The position numbers and the translations under genes were made by a program. Under the pieces are notes generated by a model. It did no database searches. It was given only the letters and a program-made list of their open reading frames with translations, and was not told where the DNA came from. DNA of 64,000 bases from Acidobacteriota bacterium. Its GTDB lineage: Bacteria > Acidobacteriota > Vicinamibacteria > Vicinamibacterales > UBA823. Positions 7,095-15,330 of the stretch are shown here, in pieces (within the stretch, counting starts at the first letter, position 1; every line of letters begins with the position of its first letter). The stretch covers positions 1,409 through 65,408 of the forward strand of contig PCAK01000007.1 of NCBI GenBank assembly GCA_002730525.1. The letters are read 5' to 3'.

Positions 7095-10016
7095 ATGCCG
7101 ATGCGCGACCCGATTCATCCGATCGCCGAGCGCCTCGCGCGCGAGTTGGAGGGCGACGTCCGGTTCGACGCGATGACGCGGGAGCTGTTCTCGACCGATG
7201 CGAGCAGCTATCGGATCGTGCCGCTCGGCGTCGTCTTTCCGAAGCATGCTGACGACGTCCAGCGGATTGTCGATCTGACGGCGCGCGATCGGATCGCACT
7301 CTTGCCGCGCGGCGGAGGCACCAGCCTGGCCGGCCAAGCCGTTGGCGAGGCACTGGTCATCGATTTCTCCAAGTACATGAACCGCGTCGTCGAAACCCAC
7401 ATCCCCGAGCACGACGACGACGCGTGGGCGAGGGTGCAGCCTGGAGTCGTCCTCGACAACTTCAATACCCACCTGCGGCCCACCGGCTTCATGTTCGGCC
7501 CGGAGGTCTCGCCGTCGTCCCAGGCGACGCTGGGCGGCATGGTGGGCAACAACTCGTGCGGGTCGCGCTCGATCCGCTACGGCAAGATGGTCGACCACGT
7601 CATCGAGCTGCAGGGGTTCCTGGCGAGCGGCGCGCCCTTTCGATTCGGACAGCTGTCGGAAACCGAACTGGCCACCGCACTCGCGGGCGATGACGACACC
7701 GACCGGATCATCCAGACGGTGAACCACCTCGCCGTCACCCACCGTGACGAGGTCGATCGCCGTTTCCCGAAGATTCAGCGCCGCGTGGCCGGCTACAACC
7801 TCGACGAACTGGGGCTCAGGAACGGATTCAACCTGGCGGGGCTGCTGGTCGGGTCCGAGGGCACGCTGGCCATCAACCACGAAGCCCGCGTCCGGCTCGT
7901 CCGGAAGTCTGCCCACACAATCCTCGGCGTCTGCCACTTCGACACCTTCGCCGCATCGATGCACGCCTCGGCGCCGATCGTCGGGCTGTCGCCCCACGCC
8001 ATCGAACTCAGCGACAAGCTGCTGATCGATCTGGCGCGCGAGTCGCCGCTCCATCGCGACAAGCTCCACTTCGTCCGCGGCCGTCCCGAAGCGCTGCTCA
8101 TCGTCGAGTTCGCCGGCGAGACGCTCGAACCGCTGATGCGGCAGCTCGACGACCTGGCGACGCTGATGCGCGACCTCGGCCACGGCGACAACGTCGTCCG
8201 GATCACCGAGCCCGCGCGCTGCGCCGACGTCTGGGCGGTCCGCAAGGCGGGCCTCGGCCTGTTCGGCAGCGTCAAGGGCGATGCCAAGCCTGTCGCGTTC
8301 GTGGAGGATACGGCGGTTGCGCCCGAACAGTTGCCGGCGTTCACGGCCGAGTTCCGCGAGTTGCTCGAGCGCCACGGCGTCCGCGCCGCCTTCTACGGCC
8401 ATGCGTCGGTCGGGTGTCTGCACATCCGCCCGATGCTCGACCTGCGCACGGCCGATGGCGTCACGAAGTACCGCGCGGTCGCCGAAGAGGTGACCGAGCT
8501 GGCCCTGAAGTACGGCGGCACCCACTCGGGTGAACATGGCGAGGGGCTGGCCCGCTCCGAATTCAACCCCAAGGTCTTCGGGGAGACGCTCTACGCCGCG
8601 TTCCGGGAGGTGAAGGCGGCGTTCGACCCCGACGGCCGGATGAACCCCGGCAAGAAGGTCGACGCGCCGCCGATGGACGAGAACCTCCGCTACGGTGCCG
8701 ATTACACCACTGCATTCCCGGTGCCGCTGCTGGACTACTCGGACGTCGGCACGATGGCCGACGCGATCGAGATGTGCAACGGCAACGCACGCTGCCGCAA
8801 GTCCGAGGTCGGCACGATGTGTCCTTCCTACATGGTGACGCTCGACGAGATGCACTCGACGCGCGGCCGCGCCAACGCGCTGCGCGCGGCAATCTCGGGA
8901 GCGCTGCCCGCCGAGAGTCTCTTCTCGGAGGAGATGCACGAGGTCATGGATCTGTGCATCGGATGCAAGGCGTGCAAGCTCGAGTGCCCGTCGCACGTCG
9001 ACATGGCGAAACACAAATACGAGTTTCAGATCGGCTACCACGCGCGCGAGGGCGTCCCGCTTCGCACCCTGGCCCTGGGGAACGCGCACACGGTAGCGGC
9101 AATCGGTTCGGCGCTCGCGCCGCTCTCGAACCTCGGCCGATCCGGCCCGCTACGCTGGCTCACCAACGCTGTGCTCGGTCTCGACCCGCGGCGGTCACTC
9201 CCGCGATTCCGACGCGACACGTTCTGGCGCTGGTGGCAGCGGCGGACGGCGCCGGCCCACCAGGACCCGGCGCACACGGTGGTGCTGCTGGCCGACACCT
9301 TCACGAACTTCTACGAGCCGGAAGTGCCAATCGATGCGGTGCGGGTGCTCGAGGCAGCGGGGCGAACGGTCGTCGTGCCGGAGCCGACGTGCTGTGGCCG
9401 ACCGCAGATCTCGAAGGGGCTTCACACCCAGGCCCTCGATGCCGCCGGCGCGTCCCTCCGACAGTTGACCGGGTACGTCGAGCGCGGCGTGCCGATCCTC
9501 GGCCTCGAACCATCGTGCCTCCTCACCTACCGGGACGAGTACCCGATGTTGCTGCGGACCGACGCCGCGCGTTCGCTGGCGGCCGGATCCTGGCTGGTGG
9601 AGGAGTACCTCGCGAACGAGAGTGCGGCGGGCCGTCTGGCTCTGCCCCTTCGACCGGTCGACACGCCGGCGCTACTCCACGGACATTGTCATCAGAAGGC
9701 GATCGCGACGACCCGGGCCACGCGGGCGGTGCTCGATCTGGTGCCTGGCCTCGACCTCACCGAGATTGATTCGGGGTGCTGCGGCATGGCCGGCTCGTTC
9801 GGCTACGAGGCCGGCCACTTCGACATCTCGATGGCGATGGCGGAGCGCGTTCTGGCGCCGCGCGTCCGGGGAGCGTCGAGCGACACGATCATCGTGGCCA
9901 ACGGCACATCGTGCCGGCACCAGATCGCGGACACGACCGGCCGCCAAGCGATGCACGCCGTGCAGGTGCTGGCGCGGGCGCTGGACTTCGCCTCCGGCTC
10001 GTCCCGGCAGCCCTGA
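7095..10016 (+). CDS. FAD-binding oxidase fused to a (Fe-S)-binding/CCG domain (GlcD-GlcF fusion, YdiJ-like)
   Basis: About 973 aa. The N-terminal part is an FAD-binding type-4 oxidase (LPRGGGTSLAGQAVG). The middle has 4Fe-4S Cys clusters (CIGCKACKLECPSH). The C-terminal part has cysteine-rich CCG repeats (EPSCLLTYRDE, SGCCGMAGSFG). ORF opens at 6975; ATG at 7095 (MPMRDPIHP) avoids overlap with the divergent lipoprotein gene. Confidence 0.85.
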   Translation: MPMRDPIHPIAERLARELEGDVRFDAMTRELFSTDASSYRIVPLGVVFPKHADDVQRIVDLTARDRIALLPRGGGTSLAGQAVGEALVIDFSKYMNRVVETHIPEHDDDAWARVQPGVVLDNFNTHLRPTGFMFGPEVSPSSQATLGGMVGNNSCGSRSIRYGKMVDHVIELQGFLASGAPFRFGQLSETELATALAGDDDTDRIIQTVNHLAVTHRDEVDRRFPKIQRRVAGYNLDELGLRNGFNLAGLLVGSEGTLAINHEARVRLVRKSAHTILGVCHFDTFAASMHASAPIVGLSPHAIELSDKLLIDLARESPLHRDKLHFVRGRPEALLIVEFAGETLEPLMRQLDDLATLMRDLGHGDNVVRITEPARCADVWAVRKAGLGLFGSVKGDAKPVAFVEDTAVAPEQLPAFTAEFRELLERHGVRAAFYGHASVGCLHIRPMLDLRTADGVTKYRAVAEEVTELALKYGGTHSGEHGEGLARSEFNPKVFGETLYAAFREVKAAFDPDGRMNPGKKVDAPPMDENLRYGADYTTAFPVPLLDYSDVGTMADAIEMCNGNARCRKSEVGTMCPSYMVTLDEMHSTRGRANALRAAISGALPAESLFSEEMHEVMDLCIGCKACKLECPSHVDMAKHKYEFQIGYHAREGVPLRTLALGNAHTVAAIGSALAPLSNLGRSGPLRWLTNAVLGLDPRRSLPRFRRDTFWRWWQRRTAPAHQDPAHTVVLLADTFTNFYEPEVPIDAVRVLEAAGRTVVVPEPTCCGRPQISKGLHTQALDAAGASLRQLTGYVERGVPILGLEPSCLLTYRDEYPMLLRTDAARSLAAGSWLVEEYLANESAAGRLALPLRPVDTPALLHGHCHQKAIATTRATRAVLDLVPGLDLTEIDSGCCGMAGSFGYEAGHFDISMAMAERVLAPRVRGASSDTIIVANGTSCRHQIADTTGRQAMHAVQVLARALDFASGSSRQP

Positions 10017-10062
10017 AGGACTGCCCTACACCTGTCCGAGACTCGTCCCGGCAGCCCTACGC
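9983..10062. repeat. REP-like hairpin element (one full copy plus a truncated tandem copy)
   Basis: ggacttcgcctccggctcgtcccggcagccctgaaggactgccctaca at 9983..10030 is ~85% identical over 48 nt to 23443..23490. ctcgtcccggcagccctacgc at 10042..10062 repeats the flanks without the hairpin core. The first copy overlaps the last codons and stop of the FAD/Fe-S oxidase. Confidence 0.6.
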
Positions 10063-10792
10063 TTCGTCTCGTGCTCGGCCACGCAGCGTGCTCGCGGCCG
10101 CGGCGTCGAGCCACCAGGTGAGCGTGCCGTGCACTGGTACCAGGCGCTGCGCCGGCCAGCGATCGGGATCGTGCGGCCCCTCCAGCGTCTCAAGCACGGC
10201 GTCCGCCTTCGAGGCGCCGATCACAATCAGGTGCACCGCCGCACTTCGCTTGATGAACGCGGATGTCAATGTCAGCCGTCTCGGTGGCGGCTTCGGACTG
10301 TCGCGAACGGCCACGACCAACCGATCCGACCGACCGACCGCGCCCGCACCGGGAAAGAGCGATGCGATGTGGCCGTCCGGCCCCAGCCCGAGGAGAACCG
10401 CATCGAGCGCGGGCGCTTCGCCGCCCGTGGCGTCCCGGAGCACGCGCTCGTAGCTGGCAGCGACGTCCTCGAGGTCGGCTTCATCCAGATCGTCGCTTGC
10501 GACCATCGGGTGGATCCGATCCTCGGCCACCGGATCCGTCGCCAGGAGCGTTTCGCGGACCATCCGGTAGTTGCTATCGGCGTGGTCGCGGGGCACGACT
10601 CGCTCGTCGCTCCAGAACAGCTCGAGCGCATCCCAGGGCAAGTCGCCCCACGCCGCCGGTGAGGGCGAGCCGGTACGGGCCGCCGGCCGCCTGGCAGGCG
10701 CGCGCCTCTTCGACGATTGTGGCGGCCAGCGCCTGGTGCAATTCCCCGGCCTGGTCGAAGATGCGTCGTCGGGCTGCGGCTCCAATCTTCAT
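10057..10792 (-). pseudogene. pgl: 6-phosphogluconolactonase, apparently frameshifted
   Basis: The C-terminal ~200 aa lie in the frame of ORF 10057..10785 (ELFWSDERVVPRDHADSNYRMVRETLL, LGLGPDGHIASLFPG, SPKPPPRRLTLT). The family N-terminus MKIGAAARRRIFDQAGELHQALAATIVEEARACQAAGGPYRLALTGG lies in a different frame, starting at ATG 10792. The frames meet near 10648..10654. Total length is 736 nt, which is not a multiple of 3. Confidence 0.65.
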
Positions 10793-10863
10793 CGCCCCGA
10801 AGGATAGCAGGCCACGTCGGGGAATAGTCTGACGCGGCCGTCGGTGATAGGCTCTGCCTTCCG

Positions 10864-10949
10864 GAAGCCCAAGGCGAGCACAGCGCGCCTCGCGCGGGTC
10901 GGAGTGGGGCACTTGGGGTCCGCGCGGGGGTTCGGGGCGTAGCCCCGAC
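10864..10949 (+). repeat. Structured intergenic repeat, copy A (partner at 47651..47748)
   Basis: gaagcccaaggcgagcacagcgcgcctcgcgcgggtcggagtggggcacttggggtccgcgcgggggttcggggcgtagccccgac aligns nearly base for base with 47651..47748, apart from a 12-17 nt indel. It contains several hairpins. Confidence 0.65.
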
Positions 10950-10955
10950 TTAGAC

Positions 10956-11774
10956 ATGCCACTGACCCACACGATCGTCGCACCGCACACGCCCCGCATG
11001 GGTGTCGAGGAGCGCGCGCCCGACTTCGTTCGCGCCCTCAGCGAGAGCCAGAAGGAGATGGGCGCGGCGATCCGCGCGACGAAGCCCGACGTCCTCATCA
11101 TCAACTCGGCACACTGGGTCTGCACGTTCAACTGGCACGTCACCTGCCAGGCCGAGCATGTCGGTCACTGCGTCGCCGACGAGGCGCCGGACCTGATCGA
11201 CGGTGTGCCCTATCGCTATCGCGGCGATCCCGAGATGGGCCGGGCGATCCTCGCCGGGTTCGAGGCCGACGAGATTCCGTGCGCGCCCAACGAGAGCACG
11301 CACTTCCAGTGGGACTACGGATCGTGGGTGCCCAGCAAGCACCTCGACCCTGACGCCCAGTTGGCGATCATTCTCATTGGCACGGTCACGAGTTCCGACG
11401 TCGACGAGTGCATGAAAGCCGGCACCGCCATCCGGCGCGCCGTCGAAAAGCTGGACCGGCGCGCCGTCTTCGCCGCCAGCTGCGCGTTCACCCACGAACT
11501 CGTCCGCGGCCCCGCGTCCTGGCCGACCGAGGAGCGGCAGAAGCTCGACGGCAAGTTCATCGAGATGCTCACGTCGGGTCGAATTGCCGAGGCCAAGAGC
11601 TGGTTCAAGGAGTACAACGCGGCCGTCGTCGGTGAGATGGGTGGTCGCACCCTCGCCACGTTCCTCGGGTGCCTTGACGAAGCGTCGACACGACCCTACA
11701 CCGGAAAACAGTACGGCCCCTATACGCAGTCGTCGGGCAGCGGCAACGCCAACATCGCGCTCTGGCAGGCGTAG
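10956..11774 (+). CDS. Class III extradiol ring-cleavage dioxygenase, LigB family
   Basis: 272 aa. MPLTHTIVAPHTPRM...LIINSAHWV...WDYGSWVP resembles the LigB-type catalytic subunit. Family-level call only. Confidence 0.7.
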   Translation: MPLTHTIVAPHTPRMGVEERAPDFVRALSESQKEMGAAIRATKPDVLIINSAHWVCTFNWHVTCQAEHVGHCVADEAPDLIDGVPYRYRGDPEMGRAILAGFEADEIPCAPNESTHFQWDYGSWVPSKHLDPDAQLAIILIGTVTSSDVDECMKAGTAIRRAVEKLDRRAVFAASCAFTHELVRGPASWPTEERQKLDGKFIEMLTSGRIAEAKSWFKEYNAAVVGEMGGRTLATFLGCLDEASTRPYTGKQYGPYTQSSGSGNANIALWQA

Positions 11775-11810
11775 CGGACGGTTCCACCAGCCGAAAGGAA
11801 TAGGGCGAGG

Positions 11811-12182
11811 ATGAGCACGCAGGAAGACTACGAGAAGATCTACACCGAACTGATCGGGTTCGTACCGCCGCGTATCCACAACCGGATCCGGCTTGGCCTC
11901 GAAGTCGACCCCGAGTTGCTGCGCCAGGCCGAGGAGATCCGTCAGACAGCGATGTACCCGAAGTGCTTCGACGTGAAGACGGCTCAGCTGATGCTGGTCG
12001 GCATCTTGCTGGCCCACGCGGCACCCGCCGCCGAGTTCCACGCCCGTGCCGCCAAGCGCGCCGGCGCGACGAAAGAGGAGCTGCACGCGGTGGCCGGCCT
12101 GGCGTTCCTGTTCCGGGGCCTTCCCGCGTTCAACCTGGCGTCCGAGATCATCAACAAGATCTTCGACGAAGACGCCGCCTAG
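11811..12182 (+). CDS. Carboxymuconolactone decarboxylase (AhpD-like) family protein
   Basis: 123 aa. KTAQLMLVGILLAHAAPAAEFHARAAKRAGATKEELHAV matches the CMD-domain pattern. Confidence 0.7.
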   Translation: MSTQEDYEKIYTELIGFVPPRIHNRIRLGLEVDPELLRQAEEIRQTAMYPKCFDVKTAQLMLVGILLAHAAPAAEFHARAAKRAGATKEELHAVAGLAFLFRGLPAFNLASEIINKIFDEDAA

Positions 12183-12196
12183 CGACGTCACGGCCG

Positions 12197-12613
12197 ATGA
12201 AGCGCCTCGTCCAGGAACTGACGGTCGAGTGGGCGCACTGCGACGCCGCCGGCATTGTCTTCTACCCGTACTTCTACACCTGGTTCGACCAGGCCACTGA
12301 GCGGCTCTTCGGCGCCAACGGGCTGACCTACCCCGAACTGCGGACGCGCGGCATCGTCGGCATGCCACTGCTCGAAAGCGGAGCGAGCTACGAGAATCCC
12401 TGTCAGCTGGGCGAACGCTTGACGATGGACACGTGGGTCGACGACTGGCAGCGGAAGACGTTGCTGGTCAAGCATCGGCTGACGCACGCCGACGGGCGCC
12501 CCGCGCTAGAAGGCTTCGAGCGACGCGCCTGGGTCATCGCGGCGCCCGACGCTTCGCGCGGCATGCGGGCCGAGCCGATCCCGACAGACATCATCGCCCG
12601 CTTCGACGACTAG
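12197..12613 (+). CDS. Hotdog-fold acyl-CoA thioesterase (4HBT/YbgC-like)
   Basis: ATG at 12197 (residue 79 of ORF 11963..12613). VEWAHCDAAGIVFYPYFYTWFDQATERLF is the typical 4HBT N-terminal motif. Confidence 0.75.
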   Translation: MKRLVQELTVEWAHCDAAGIVFYPYFYTWFDQATERLFGANGLTYPELRTRGIVGMPLLESGASYENPCQLGERLTMDTWVDDWQRKTLLVKHRLTHADGRPALEGFERRAWVIAAPDASRGMRAEPIPTDIIARFDD

Positions 12614-12646
12614 CGCGGGTATACTACGGGTTCGCCCCGTACCACG

Positions 12647-13879
12647 ATGTCGCAGCAGTTGACGTCAGCAACGCCGGTTACCGCCCTGGGTTCGCCCGCG
12701 ATCGACACGCGCGTCGTCGGCATCTCCACGGCGCTGTTCGCGGCGGGCACCGTCTACCTGGCAGCGACGGTTCACGCGCAGCAGGCGATGCTGTTCCTGG
12801 TGGGCGGCGTGCTGGGGTTGCTGCTCTACCACGCCGCGTTCGGGTTCACCTCGTCGTGGCGGATCTTCATCGCCGACCGGCGCGGCGCCGGGCTGCGGGC
12901 GCAAATGCTGATGCTCGCGGTGGCGTGCCTGCTGTTCTTCCCGGTCCTGGCGTCGGGCAATCCGATCTTCACCGAGTCGATCCGCGGCAATGTCAGCCCG
13001 CTGGGCTTCTCGGTCGTGGCGGGCGCGTTCATCTTCGGCGTCGGCATGCAGATCGGCGGCGGTTGAGCGTCGGGCACCCTCTTTGCCGCCGGCGGCGGCA
13101 ACACCCGGACCATGATCACGCTCGGCGCCTTCATCGTCGGCTCGACGTTCGGCGCGCTGCACGAGCACTGGTGGAAGGCGCTGCCCGAGCTGCCGGCGGT
13201 ATCCCTGGTTGCCAGCCTGGGCCTCGCCGGTGGCCTGGCGACCAGCTTCGCGATGTTCGGCGGCGTCGTGGCGATCACGCTCATGGCCGAACGCCAGCGT
13301 CACGGCCGCGTGCGGCAGCCCGCCAGGGCGCCGCGGCACGGCATGGCTCGTATTCTCCGCGGACCGTGGCCCCTCGTTGTCGGCGCGGTCGGCCTGGCGC
13401 TCGCCAACTTTGCGACGCTGGCGCTGGCCGGCCGGCCCTGGGGCGTGACCTCCGGGTTCGCGCTCTGGGGCTCGAAGGTCGCCGGAGTGATCGGCTTTGC
13501 GCCTGAGTCCTGGCCCTACTGGGCGTCGGCATCACGGGCCGCCTCGCTCGAGGGCAGCCTGTCCACCGACATCACGTCGGTCATGAATTTCGGCATCATC
13601 TTCGGCGCGATGATGGCCGCCGGCTTGGCCGGACGATTCAGTCCGATCTGGCAGATCCCCCGGCGCTCGCTCGTGGCTGCCGTGCTCGGCGGGTTGCTGC
13701 TGGGCTACGGCGCGCGCCAGGCCTACGGCTGCAACATCGGCGCGTACTTCAGCGGCATCGCCTCGGGCAGCCTGCACGGCTGGCTCTGGCTGCTGGCGGC
13801 CTTCTGCGGCGGCATCCTCGGCACGCGGCTCAGGCCGCTGTTCGGCCTGGCGGTCGAGCGAACCGGTGGAAGCTGCTAG
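12647..13879 (+). CDS. YeeE/YedE family sulfur(selenium)-compound transporter, single reading frame interrupted by one in-frame TGA (13064..13066)
   Basis: Track ORFs 12647..13066 and 13112..13879 are in the same frame, and no other stop lies between them. Read-through gives ...GVGMQIGGG[TGA]ASGTLFAAGGGNTRTMITLGAF.... The second half carries the paralogous motif GARQAYGCNIGAYFSGIASGSLHGW. Total 411 codons, a normal length for the family. Confidence 0.75.
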
Positions 13880-13922
13880 GCAGGCGGAGATCTCCGGCAC
13901 GGCAGGTCCGATTCGGAGGGAC

Positions 13923-15254
13923 TCAGCGGGGCCGTGCATCAACGACCCGATGCGCCTTCGTCCCCGCGACGGCTGGGGGCAGCGTGCCCGGAGGCAGCAG
14001 TTCGATGGTGGCGCGCACGCGGACTGCGGCCGAGAGCGCCTGCTGGAGTCGCCGCTCGAGATCGCTCCTGACCTCACCTTCCACGACCGATCGGGCCTCG
14101 ACGCGGAGGGTCAGTGCGGGCAACGTGCCGGTGTCGTCGATAACGATCGCGTACTCGTGGGCCAGTTCCTCGAAGCCACGGACGACGCCCTCGATGGCCG
14201 ACGGGTACAGATTGACGCCACGGAACCAGATCATGTCGTCGACCCGTCCCTCGATCGAATCGCGCAGGCGATCGCCGGTGAACCCACATGCGCAGGGTCC
14301 GTCGGTGGCCAGCCGGGCGATGTCGCGCGAGCGATACCGCAAGAGGGGCTGCGTGTCGCCGACCAGGTTCGTGTAGACGACCTCGCCCGGCTCGCCGGGC
14401 CGAACAGCCTGGCCAGAGTCGGGATTGACGATCTCCGTGATCACGAAGTCACCAGCGATGTGGAGTGACGTCGAGTGTCGGCACCCGCCGCCGAGCGGAA
14501 AGAGTTCCGTCATGCCGTAGCCATCGTTGACGAAGGTGCCCCACCCGTCCATCAGGCGTTTGCGGGTGGCGGGCACGGCCGCGCCTGGTTCGCCGACGGA
14601 CAGGATCGCCCTGATTCTCAGGCCTGGCAGATCGACGCCGATCTCCCGTGCGAGCTCAGCCAGATACAGCAGGTACGATGCCGTGCCGGTGACGACCGTC
14701 GGACGTAGCTCGGTGAGCACCCGAAGCTTCGTCTTCGAATCGTACAGGCCGGCCAGCACGACCATCGCACCCGCGCGGGCGGCGCTCTCGGTCCCCGCCA
14801 TCGGCCCCATCAGCCCGTCGACCGGTCCTAGCGCCACGGTGATGTCGCCCGGCCCCGCGCGTGGATTGCGCTGAAACTTGTCGAGCACGTAGCCCCAGTC
14901 GCGCGCCGAGAAGACACGACGCAGCGGCCGGCCCGTCGTGCCGGACGTGGTCATGTACTTCGTCAGCTTCTCGCGACCGACGCCGACGTACGACCCGAAC
15001 GGCGGGCAGGCAGCCTGGTCGGCCTGCAACTCCTCCTTCGTGCAGAACGGCAGCCGGGGCAGATCGTCGAGCCCGGCGACGTCGCCCGGCGTCACGCCGG
15101 CCGCATCGAGCTTCCTGCGCCAGAACGGCGCGGCGTCATAGACGTAGGCCACCATCGCCCGCAGCCGTTCGGCCTGCAGCGCCCTGAGCTCCTCGAGGGG
15201 CAACCGCCGGAGATCGGGATCCAAGACTGTGTAGTCGGGAAGCATCGCCATCAC
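13923..15254 (-). CDS. Phenylacetate-CoA ligase-like adenylate-forming enzyme (PaaK / F390 synthetase family)
   Basis: 443 aa. FWRRKLDAAGVTPGDV...LPFCTKEEL and TTSGTTGRPL are PaaK-family hallmarks. Confidence 0.8.
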   Translation of the reverse strand: MMAMLPDYTVLDPDLRRLPLEELRALQAERLRAMVAYVYDAAPFWRRKLDAAGVTPGDVAGLDDLPRLPFCTKEELQADQAACPPFGSYVGVGREKLTKYMTTSGTTGRPLRRVFSARDWGYVLDKFQRNPRAGPGDITVALGPVDGLMGPMAGTESAARAGAMVVLAGLYDSKTKLRVLTELRPTVVTGTASYLLYLAELAREIGVDLPGLRIRAILSVGEPGAAVPATRKRLMDGWGTFVNDGYGMTELFPLGGGCRHSTSLHIAGDFVITEIVNPDSGQAVRPGEPGEVVYTNLVGDTQPLLRYRSRDIARLATDGPCACGFTGDRLRDSIEGRVDDMIWFRGVNLYPSAIEGVVRGFEELAHEYAIVIDDTGTLPALTLRVEARSVVEGEVRSDLERRLQQALSAAVRVRATIELLPPGTLPPAVAGTKAHRVVDARPR

Positions 15255-15330
15255 ACGGTCAACTCGACAGAAACAGCGGGCAGCGCCACGACCGCGACAA
15301 CATGGTGAACGCGTCAGGTCGACGTCGCCG

